Part shown: piece after piece, positions 46,552 to 58,390 of the stretch
Layout of the letters: each line of letters begins with the position of its first letter
Position numbering within the stretch: the first letter of the stretch is position 1
NCBI GenBank assembly: GCA_031362565.1
Contig: JANLSU010000062.1
Coordinates: 1-64,000, forward strand
Source: a bacterium
GTDB taxonomy: Bacteria > Krumholzibacteriota > Krumholzibacteriia > G020349025
Length of the DNA: 64,000 nucleotides
Reading direction: 5' to 3'
The notes under the pieces: model-generated
What the model was told of the DNA's origin: nothing
Databases searched by the model: none
Seen by the model: the letters and a program-made list of their open reading frames with translations, nothing else
Translations under genes and position numbers: made by a program

Positions 46552-48354
46552 TCACCCGATATGCGGGAACCCAGGGGCGACCCGATGGACACGCCTCGAC
46601 ATCCACGCGCCGACACCGGCCATACCGGTTGCGGCGGCTAGTAGAGCGACCGAAAGAGCAGCCGGTAACGGTGATCCCGATTGTGTGAATCGGTAGCTCG
46701 CGACCTCAGCACGCGCATTTGTGGTTCCGGTGCCATCGCCCAGGAAGAGCTTGGCGGCGATGTCCCTGGAATGACCGCTTGTCACTGTCTTTAGGGCACC
46801 GTCAACGAAGAAGCGCGCCGTTCCACTTGGCAACATTTCAATGCGATAGTCGTGAAACACGGTAGTGTCCAGGAAGACGATGTCGTGGCTGATCGGACAA
46901 TCGTCTCGGATACGATCCGGCATCATTCCGAATTGGTAGAGATGTTTCCCTGTGCAAAGCCCGAAATTGAAACCATACCCGTAGCACCCATTCGATTCAT
47001 AGCCCTCGATGTTGGTCAGACGGGCTCGGATCTCAAGCACCATTGGTTCGGCCTCGTTGAGAACCACGGGACGGGCACACTGGATCTCGCCGTGTCCGAA
47101 GCCCTGCCCCATCGAGTCCTGCACCAACACCCCATCCGAAACGGTGAACACAGATGCTTCGGGCGTTCCCACATCTACTCCGGTCGTCGAGTACGCCCAG
47201 CCCTGTCGTGACGGCAGTGAGTCGAGGCTGAGCGAGACGCTTGCACCCCTCGAGTTCAGCACCCAAGTCAACGCCGCGAGTGCCAGCGTCCCCGCGGCGA
47301 GCAACCAGAGCGCCGTCGCGGCACGACTGCGAGCTGTAGAGCGCTGAAGGACCTTCTCTAGATCGCCGACCTGGGGGTAACGAGCTTCAGGATCTGCTGA
47401 CAAGCATCGCGCAATGCAGCGAGCCAACTGCTGTGGGATGTCGGCTCGCAATACCCGCAGGCTTGGGAATCTACTGTCTGCGAGATCTTCAGTGTCGGTT
47501 CGGAGAACGCGGTCCGCGTGTGCGTGCTTTAGTGTTTCGATTGCATCGGCTTCAACGGGATGGCGACCCGTTAGTGCGTAGAAGAGCAACACCCCGAGAC
47601 TATACACATCCGAACGCTCGGTCAGCCGCCCGAGTGTCAGCGTCTCAGGAGCCATAAAAAACGGGGTACCAGTGTGGTGTGTTCCAGGCACATTGGGAGT
47701 CACGATGCGACCGGCTCCGAAGTCTACAAGACAGTAGCGTCCGTCAGCGAGGCAGAGAACATTGCTCGGTTTGATGTCTCCGTGGAGGACACCCGCCGAG
47801 TGGGCAGCCTCCAGTGCGCGGCACATCGCAACGCCGAGTTCGGCCACTTGTCGCGGTCCGAGAATGTGGCTTCTCTCCAGTAGCTGGGCAAGATTTTCGC
47901 CTTCGACCAGGTCCATCCAGAACCCAACTCGACCGTGATCGACATCGAAGCCGTGAATGCGCACCACGTTTTCGTGGCGGATGCGGGCCAATGCTCGAGC
48001 CTCTGCGATGACCTCTGGAAGTGAGCCGATATCGCTAGAGTCTGCATGGTAGAGCTTAAGGGCAACCGCTTGATGGAGTGTCTCATCGTAGGCGCGAAAA
48101 ACCTCTCCGAATCGACCCGAGCCAATGCGTGCGAGAAGGCGTAGGTGGCGCCAGGTGGGGAACGGCACTTCCTCGGGATTGGAGCGTAACCTGCGGTTCG
48201 CATCCGCAATGTACGCGATCAGTGCGAGCTGGCGGATTACCCGTGCTTCGTTCGTGCCCGTTGCGGCGCGCTCTTCAGCAACCCAGTCGACCTCCCGCCC
48301 CTCGGAGATCGCGCCAATCAGATCCTCGATGTATTCACCCTCTCGACTCATCAT
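46552..48354 (-). CDS. Membrane Ser/Thr protein kinase with extracellular beta-sandwich domain
   Basis: GSGRFGEVF, VALK, HGDIKPSN, DFG, GTPFFMAPE, TM segment; start overlaps the ECF sigma stop. Confidence 0.88.
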   Translation of the reverse strand: MMSREGEYIEDLIGAISEGREVDWVAEERAATGTNEARVIRQLALIAYIADANRRLRSNPEEVPFPTWRHLRLLARIGSGRFGEVFRAYDETLHQAVALKLYHADSSDIGSLPEVIAEARALARIRHENVVRIHGFDVDHGRVGFWMDLVEGENLAQLLERSHILGPRQVAELGVAMCRALEAAHSAGVLHGDIKPSNVLCLADGRYCLVDFGAGRIVTPNVPGTHHTGTPFFMAPETLTLGRLTERSDVYSLGVLLFYALTGRHPVEADAIETLKHAHADRVLRTDTEDLADSRFPSLRVLRADIPQQLARCIARCLSADPEARYPQVGDLEKVLQRSTARSRAATALWLLAAGTLALAALTWVLNSRGASVSLSLDSLPSRQGWAYSTTGVDVGTPEASVFTVSDGVLVQDSMGQGFGHGEIQCARPVVLNEAEPMVLEIRARLTNIEGYESNGCYGYGFNFGLCTGKHLYQFGMMPDRIRDDCPISHDIVFLDTTVFHDYRIEMLPSGTARFFVDGALKTVTSGHSRDIAAKLFLGDGTGTTNARAEVASYRFTQSGSPLPAALSVALLAAATGMAGVGAWMSRRVHRVAPGFPHIG

Positions 48355-48943
48355 CCGCAAGAGACTCCGCGAGCCTTCGAAGGGCCCGTTTGAATGACAT
48401 GCGCGCGGCGTCGCCGGAAGGCTTGCCGGTGTGCAACGCAAGCTCTTGAAAGCTCATGTCGAGCTCAAGGCGTCCGATGATCAGGTCCTGTTGATCGTCG
48501 GAGAGTTTCGCCAGCCCATGGCGGTATCGATCCTCCGACTCGCGGGCGATTAGGTTGTCGATCGGAGATGGCTCGCCTCCGGGAAGATCTTCGTCCAATT
48601 CGCTGCGCAGGGGCCGTCGCCCTACTCGCCGAATCTCGTTGCGCGCCCGATTCAACACACTCGCACACAAGTAGGAGAGCAATCCGCCCCCCTCTTGCTT
48701 AAACCCCTGGAGGTTCGATAGCGAACCCAGGAGAGCTTCTTGAACGATGTCCTCCGTTTCGCTGAGGTCGCGCGCATATGTGGGTAGCCTGCCGTGGCTC
48801 CAGCGGAGGAGACGAGGCCGCAGGCGCTCGTAGATCGCCCGGATTGCTTCGTCGTTACCCCGGGACGCCCGGTCAACGAGCGACTGGGTCGTCATGGCTT
48901 CCATCGCCGTTCGGGAGCCAGGACCGCCATCACTCGCCGCCAC
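48335..48943 (-). CDS. ECF RNA polymerase sigma factor
   Basis: ETEDIVQEAL (region 2), LSDDQQDLI...MSFQELA (region 4); GGAGG RBS before the GTG. Confidence 0.9.
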   Translation of the reverse strand: MAASDGGPGSRTAMEAMTTQSLVDRASRGNDEAIRAIYERLRPRLLRWSHGRLPTYARDLSETEDIVQEALLGSLSNLQGFKQEGGGLLSYLCASVLNRARNEIRRVGRRPLRSELDEDLPGGEPSPIDNLIARESEDRYRHGLAKLSDDQQDLIIGRLELDMSFQELALHTGKPSGDAARMSFKRALRRLAESLADDESRG

Positions 48944-49163
48944 AGCTTCCTCCGGGGGCCTAACCTATTGAAAAACTAGGAGTTGAAATTCTATCACACA
49001 GCGAACCAGGTGATCCACTGCCGCCAGCGTTCGGTTCGGCGAGGTCCGGGGTTTCCCCAGGTGAGGCGTCGTTGGGAGCGGCGGTCGGTCGGCCCACGGC
49101 AGCGTGGCCGCTTGTCTAATTCGCATTGTCATGTGTGGTGTCGTTTCGAGGAGGCATTTCTAC

Positions 49164-50375
49164 ATGGGCATCAGACCGAGAACTTTTGAACTCCGTTGCG
49201 CAACGGACGCCAAATGGCAGGTCCCTTCAAGTTGGGTTGAAAAGTTGGATATCTGGTGGTGGAATCGCTTCTTGACACCCCGGCTCAGCCTGGTCGCGGC
49301 AGTCCTTTTGACTTGTCTTTCGGCCCTTCCTGGAGCTCCTGCGCGCGCTGCGTTTCTCTACAGCGTAGACAATGTCTCCGACGAGCTAGTTTGTGTCGAT
49401 AGTGACTCCGGGACCGTCGTCGCCATCGGTCCCATTGGAACGCACGTGGAGGATTGTGATCTCGCGCTCTTCCGAGGCAAGGTGTTCCTCCTTGACACTG
49501 TCTGGGAAGTCGGAAGCCGGCTCATGCGGCTTGACCCGCGGACAGGCGCCGCACTCTGGGTTGTTCCAGTGACGTTTCAAGGAAACCCTGTCTTGCTCGC
49601 CGAGGGGTTGGCTGCGGATAGTAACGGACTTCTCGTCTCATTCAGGACCGCGGCGGCTTTCAATGCGGCCTGCTCCAATGCCCTTGGTCGGCTGGACAGC
49701 TTGGGCGCCATTAGTGGTGTCAATGATTTTGCGCTCTCGCAAGACTCGCGCGCTGATGCCGACGGACTTGGGATTGGTCTCATCGATCCCCACGTGTTCT
49801 GGATCGACGCCTCGATACCGCCAACCAACAACATTCGGCTGCTTGATGTCACGCTGAACCCACCAGCCATGTCAATCATTTCCCAGAGCCAGCCGTATAG
49901 AGCCATCAACGACCTGGCGCTCGCCGCCGGCGTACTCCTAGGAATGAATTCGTCAACGCACGAACTCGTGCGTATCGATCCCGAATCGGGCGCGATCTTG
50001 GCGGTCACGGCGATTCGGCAGCAACAAAGGAACCTTTTTGGACTCGCGCCGGCGCTTGCACCCGTGTGCACAGATGTCATTCCGCTGGTCAGCCCGATGG
50101 CGTTGGAACTCCGGCCTGGGCTTCCAAACCCATTCAATCCGGCGACGTCGTTCGCGTACGTGCTCCCGTCCGACGGCCTTGTGTTGCTTACCGTGCACGA
50201 CGTTCGAGGCCGCCAGATTGTGACGCTCGTGAATACAGTACAGCCATCGGGCTTGCACGCGGCATCCTGGGACGGTCGCGATGCGGGCGGCGCCACGCTC
50301 AGCTCCGGCATCTACTTCGTGCGACTCGCTTCCGGGGGCAAGGCCCGGACCAGGAAGATCGTGCTCGCGCGGTAG
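49164..50375 (+). CDS. Secreted beta-propeller-like protein with FlgD-Ig C-terminal domain
   Basis: GAGGAGG RBS; signal-like segment; repeated L..ID..SG blades; PNPFNP...WDGRD...SGIY. Confidence 0.75.
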   Translation: MGIRPRTFELRCATDAKWQVPSSWVEKLDIWWWNRFLTPRLSLVAAVLLTCLSALPGAPARAAFLYSVDNVSDELVCVDSDSGTVVAIGPIGTHVEDCDLALFRGKVFLLDTVWEVGSRLMRLDPRTGAALWVVPVTFQGNPVLLAEGLAADSNGLLVSFRTAAAFNAACSNALGRLDSLGAISGVNDFALSQDSRADADGLGIGLIDPHVFWIDASIPPTNNIRLLDVTLNPPAMSIISQSQPYRAINDLALAAGVLLGMNSSTHELVRIDPESGAILAVTAIRQQQRNLFGLAPALAPVCTDVIPLVSPMALELRPGLPNPFNPATSFAYVLPSDGLVLLTVHDVRGRQIVTLVNTVQPSGLHAASWDGRDAGGATLSSGIYFVRLASGGKARTRKIVLAR

Positions 50376-50505
50376 CCGGGGTCGCGGCCCAGCGCGGGGA
50401 TCTCATAGTCGATCGTTGAAAGAGGTGCTCGTTTTCGCGTGTGCCGGCTGCGCAGTCCAAGTCAAATGGTCGTTTCCGGGCACACCAACCGAGTCCGCCG
50501 ACACT

Positions 50506-51303
50506 CTATCGAGCGTTTAGTGCCTCCAGAAGTCTTCGCAAGTCTGAATCGTTGGGTTGCACCCCGAGGCCGCGCTGCACGACGGCGATGGCTTGATCGC
50601 GGTGGCCTTGTTCGGCGAACACGCGGGCCAGGAAGACGTAGCCGCGGGGGTCGGTCGGGCGTTGTTGCAAGAAGGTCTGCAGCTCGGTGGCGGCGCCCTC
50701 CAGGTCATGGCGCGCCGCGAGTGCCGTCGCGAGTTCGAGGCGCGCTTCGGTCAGATTCGGTTCGAGTTCCAGCGCTTCACGATACGATCGCAACGCGCCG
50801 TCCAGATCGCCGCGGCCGCGCAGCGCGCTCGCTCGCGCCCATGCGAGCTTGGGACGCACTCCCCGGATCTGTGGGTCGATCGCTACCGCCGCTTCGAAGG
50901 CCTCCGTCGCGGCGCCCAGATTCCCGGCCGCGGCATACGTGTTGCCGAGCTCGACCTGCACTTGCGCATCGCGTGGCGCGAGCACCGCTGCGCGTCGCAA
51001 TTCCACCATCGCACCCTCGAGATCGCCGGCCCGTGCCAATGCTTGTCCGAGCGCCAGGCGCGCCGGCCCCTCGGCCAGCGTTTGATCGAGCTTCAACGCC
51101 AACCGCATCTGTGCCGCCGCACGCACGTAGTCGCCATGCGCCATGAGTTCGCGGACCTCTGGCCCGTAGTCGAGCGAAATTCCCGGCGGACGGTGATCGC
51201 GCCACAACGCGACCCCGACGCCGACGACCAATGCCGCTGCAAAGAGCACCTTGCCGACGAGATAGGGGGCGCGATAGAGCGCGATGCGATCAGGCTGTTG
51301 CAT
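50506..51303 (-). CDS. Membrane-anchored TPR protein
   Basis: N-terminal TM and multiple LG..L...G....A repeats. Confidence 0.85.
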   Translation of the reverse strand: MQQPDRIALYRAPYLVGKVLFAAALVVGVGVALWRDHRPPGISLDYGPEVRELMAHGDYVRAAAQMRLALKLDQTLAEGPARLALGQALARAGDLEGAMVELRRAAVLAPRDAQVQVELGNTYAAAGNLGAATEAFEAAVAIDPQIRGVRPKLAWARASALRGRGDLDGALRSYREALELEPNLTEARLELATALAARHDLEGAATELQTFLQQRPTDPRGYVFLARVFAEQGHRDQAIAVVQRGLGVQPNDSDLRRLLEALNAR

Positions 51304-52402
51304 AGGTTGGCGCCGGCGCCGGTGTACCAGGCGTACCCGACTCGACGACGCGGCGGTTGCTGTCGCCTTGGCGCAACTTCCAGATGAAGCCGTCGACCAC
51401 GAAGTGGTGCACGTTGATTGCGGCGATCACCAGCAACATGCTTTCGACGCGGCCGAAGCCAGCGGCGGCGAACGCCAAGGGCAGCGCATGGAAGAGCCCA
51501 TAGCCAAGCGCCAAACACACGCCGTAGAAGCGCAGCACGAGCCCCGCAACACTCTGTCGGTTGCCGGGCAGCTGCAGGCGCTCACGGACGTGGAACACCA
51601 GCACGATGACCAAGTATTGCAAGCCATGGAACACCGTCGCCCAAAAGAAGGCCTGCATCGCCGTCAGCGTGAACCACCAGACGCCGTTGGCGAGAATCGT
51701 CAGCACGCTGATGAGCGGCATCGGCCCGCTCGGTGACCGCCACACTTTCAAGAACAGAAGCACGGGTGCCGAGAACCCGATGACAGGCAGCGCGACGCTC
51801 GCCGCATGGAGCGTCGCCGCAACGCTCGGGACGGACTGCACCTGCTCTTTCGAGACGAACCAAAAGAGTCCGGTCCCGGGTGCTGAAATGAATGCATACA
51901 CAAAGGGCACGAGGGCCGTCGCCCGCAACAATCGCTTGTCCGTCACCGACAACTTGCAGCCCGAGCGGTACGAGTAGAGCACCGCCAACCCATAGGCCTG
52001 CGCCGCGTAGTGATACGGCGACCAGGTGAGATATAGCGCCTGCAAGTGCCGCCCGAGCGATGCCGGCATCGCGACACACACCGTCAAGACGGCGAGTGCC
52101 ACGAGCGGGAACGCCATCGTCAGGAAAGGCCACGTACGCTGTGCATCCGGCTTCGAATACAAGCGCACGGTGGACGACGCGAAGTGTGCACTGTTGCTCG
52201 CCAAGAGCACGGTCGCGAGTGCCGTCCCCGTGTAGGCCACCGGGTGATACGGCCCAAAGCGCAGGAACGCCGTCGCCAGCAGGCTCAGGCCGCCACCCAC
52301 CAGCAAGTACTCGGCGGCCGGGTTGAAGAACGTGCGCCCGACGAGCGCCTGGCCAAGGCTGCGATTCGCGCCCGGGGTGGTTCTGGAAACAGCGTCCGGC
52401 AC
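51290..52402 (-). CDS. Polytopic membrane protein with conserved His motifs
   Basis: [32 protein letters not shown]; about 9-10 TM segments. Confidence 0.8.
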   Translation of the reverse strand: MPDAVSRTTPGANRSLGQALVGRTFFNPAAEYLLVGGGLSLLATAFLRFGPYHPVAYTGTALATVLLASNSAHFASSTVRLYSKPDAQRTWPFLTMAFPLVALAVLTVCVAMPASLGRHLQALYLTWSPYHYAAQAYGLAVLYSYRSGCKLSVTDKRLLRATALVPFVYAFISAPGTGLFWFVSKEQVQSVPSVAATLHAASVALPVIGFSAPVLLFLKVWRSPSGPMPLISVLTILANGVWWFTLTAMQAFFWATVFHGLQYLVIVLVFHVRERLQLPGNRQSVAGLVLRFYGVCLALGYGLFHALPLAFAAAGFGRVESMLLVIAAINVHHFVVDGFIWKLRQGDSNRRVVESGTPGTPAPAPTYATA

Positions 52403-52522
52403 GTCATCTCCGAGCAGCGGGCCCCGGCTCGCGGGCCGCGTTTGGGGTTGGGCCCAAGGCTAGCACAGGAGATGCTACAATGGGTCCGCGGCGCCCGTCG
52501 CGCTCGCTCCCAGGAGGGTCCG

Positions 52523-56224
<3,702 letters not shown>

Positions 56225-56414
56225 TTGCGGCAAACAATGCCTCGTGCGAATGCAGGAAGCGGGCGCGCGTGCGCCTGGCGGCCGCATGCAGCCGCACTCC
56301 GCGCGCTGTAGCACCGCCAAGCGGTGTGCACGGTTCTTGTTGTGGGTCTGTCTGGGCACCCATGTTCGGGTGTGGGCACGGAAGCCGGTGCGGATGCGGT
56401 GGGGAGGGGCACGC

Positions 56415-57440
56415 GTGGTGGCAGCAAGGAAGCAGTCGCGACGGTGGTTGTGGGTCGCAGGCGGAATTGCCGCCGTGGGGTTCGGACTCACGGCGCAGGC
56501 TTCAGCGCCCATCGCTGGAGCGCCCGCCGGTTCCCCCGCGACCCAAGCGCCGCCGCCGCGTGCTGTTGCGCGGCCGGCCAGCGCCACGACAGCCCGCACT
56601 CCGGCTGCGACCAAAACCGTCCGCCACGTTGCCGCCCGTGCGCCAGCACCCAACCGCGTCCGGGTTCGGATCCTCGCTCCGGCGTCGGTTCCGGCCGCCG
56701 CATTCAAAGGCGCAATCGCCGGCGCGCCGCCCACGAACCCGGCCGCTGCCGCCGCCGCTTCCGCTGCCGCTGCTGCCAAGGCCGCGCTCGAGGACCCGTG
56801 TGGCCGGCGTATTTACGAATCCACCGCGCCGCCGCTGCCCGAATTGCCGGTGCAATCGCCGGACGAAGCGCTAAACCGGCTCATCACCGGCAATGACCGA
56901 TTCATGGACGACCGCCCCCAGGGCGTCAATCGTTCACACCTTCGTCGCGACAACGTCGCCAAGACGCAAGCGCCATTCGCGATTGTCTTGGGTTGCGTCG
57001 ATTCACGGGTGCCGCCGGAAATCATCTTCGATCGCGGCCTCGGCGACTTGTTCGTCATCCGCACCGCGGGCCATGTGGTGGACGACGCGGCCCTCGGCAG
57101 CATCGAGTTCGGCACCGAGGAACTGCACATTCAGCTCGTCGTGGTCCTGGGTCACGAACGCTGCGGCGCCGTCAAAGCCACGATGGATATCACCGCGGCC
57201 GGCACTCAAGCGCCCGACGAAATCAACACGATCGTGAACGGCGTGCGGCCGGCGATCTTAAAGGCGCTGGGCTCGAAGGGCGATGCACTCGACGCCGTGG
57301 TGAAGGCAAACGTGCAACTAACGGTGAACCGCTTGCGGCGCGTCCCACTGCTCGCTGAGGCCATTGCCAAGGGACGTTTGAAGATTGTCGGGGCACGGTA
57401 CGACCTCGACACCGGCGGTGTCGAGGTCATCACACCGTGA
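56415..57440 (+). CDS. Beta-class carbonic anhydrase with export signal and Ala/Pro-rich linker
   Basis: CVDSRV and GHERCGAV zinc ligands; N-terminal SRRWLW followed by a hydrophobic stretch. Confidence 0.92.
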   Translation: MVAARKQSRRWLWVAGGIAAVGFGLTAQASAPIAGAPAGSPATQAPPPRAVARPASATTARTPAATKTVRHVAARAPAPNRVRVRILAPASVPAAAFKGAIAGAPPTNPAAAAAASAAAAAKAALEDPCGRRIYESTAPPLPELPVQSPDEALNRLITGNDRFMDDRPQGVNRSHLRRDNVAKTQAPFAIVLGCVDSRVPPEIIFDRGLGDLFVIRTAGHVVDDAALGSIEFGTEELHIQLVVVLGHERCGAVKATMDITAAGTQAPDEINTIVNGVRPAILKALGSKGDALDAVVKANVQLTVNRLRRVPLLAEAIAKGRLKIVGARYDLDTGGVEVITP

Positions 57441-57444
57441 GTGC

Positions 57445-58278
57445 TCAGCGATAGAAGCCCTTGATGGCGCTCCAGGTCGCGGTCGTCACGCCCACCACTT
57501 CGGATTCGATGATCTGGCTGCTCATGCCCGGGTCGCCACCCAGCTTGAGAGGGTCGCCGACTTCGCCGCGCGCCCCATCGCCGGGCTCGCTGCAGACCAA
57601 AGACGTCGACAGGGTGGTTTCGACTTCCGGCCCGCTGCCTGGATCGAAGAAACCCAACGACAGCGCGCCGTCGAACGGTGAGAAGTCGTAGCCGAAAGTG
57701 TGCGTGACGGGGTTGCTGAAGAATCTCCCACCGAGATCGGTACCGGTCTCTTGCAACACGAACGAATGGCTGCCGCCGGTCAGAGTGGCGCTGGCGGCAA
57801 ACAGCGTCTGACTACCGAACTGAACGTTGATGGTCCACGTCACCGTCGCCGCCGCCGCTCCCAACGCATTCAGTTCGTAGAGCGTCAATTTCGGTGCTGT
57901 GATGTGGAACTCATACAGGTATTCGATCGGGTGATCGCTCTGGTTCGTCTTTGAGCCGTGCCAGCGGGTCGAGCTTTGCATGCTCAAGCGCTCGTGGCCA
58001 TTGCAGGCACCGTCAACGCGCACCGCCGCAAACCCCAGATCGTCTTGGGCCGCGAGCGCCGCTGCGGGCCCACCGCCGCCGATCAGGGTGGTGCCAGCGA
58101 ACGTGCTCGACGCGAACAGGGAGCCGCTGGCCGCGGGGCCTTGGTCGTCTTGCTGTGTGTTGGCGCCTGCCTGACCCTGGCTGTGGGCCTCGATTTCCAG
58201 CGCGTGCGCTGAAGTGGCCAGCAGGCTGAGGGATGAAAGGCAGGCCGCGGCGAAATGTCGCCGCGCTCGAAAGGACAT
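57445..58278 (-). CDS. Secreted hypothetical protein with C-terminal WSAIKGFYR tail
   Basis: GGGAG RBS; signal peptide ...LSLLATSAHA; beta-rich. Confidence 0.8.
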   Translation of the reverse strand: MSFRARRHFAAACLSSLSLLATSAHALEIEAHSQGQAGANTQQDDQGPAASGSLFASSTFAGTTLIGGGGPAAALAAQDDLGFAAVRVDGACNGHERLSMQSSTRWHGSKTNQSDHPIEYLYEFHITAPKLTLYELNALGAAAATVTWTINVQFGSQTLFAASATLTGGSHSFVLQETGTDLGGRFFSNPVTHTFGYDFSPFDGALSLGFFDPGSGPEVETTLSTSLVCSEPGDGARGEVGDPLKLGGDPGMSSQIIESEVVGVTTATWSAIKGFYR

Positions 58279-58390
58279 CGTGGCACTCCCTTGCTGAACT
58301 TCGGAGTCCTGGGGCTTGGACAGGTGTAATGATACGCCGGTCGGCGCGGGTGGAACAAGGACGTTGGTCGAAGTGCGGGCTCGGGCCGGC

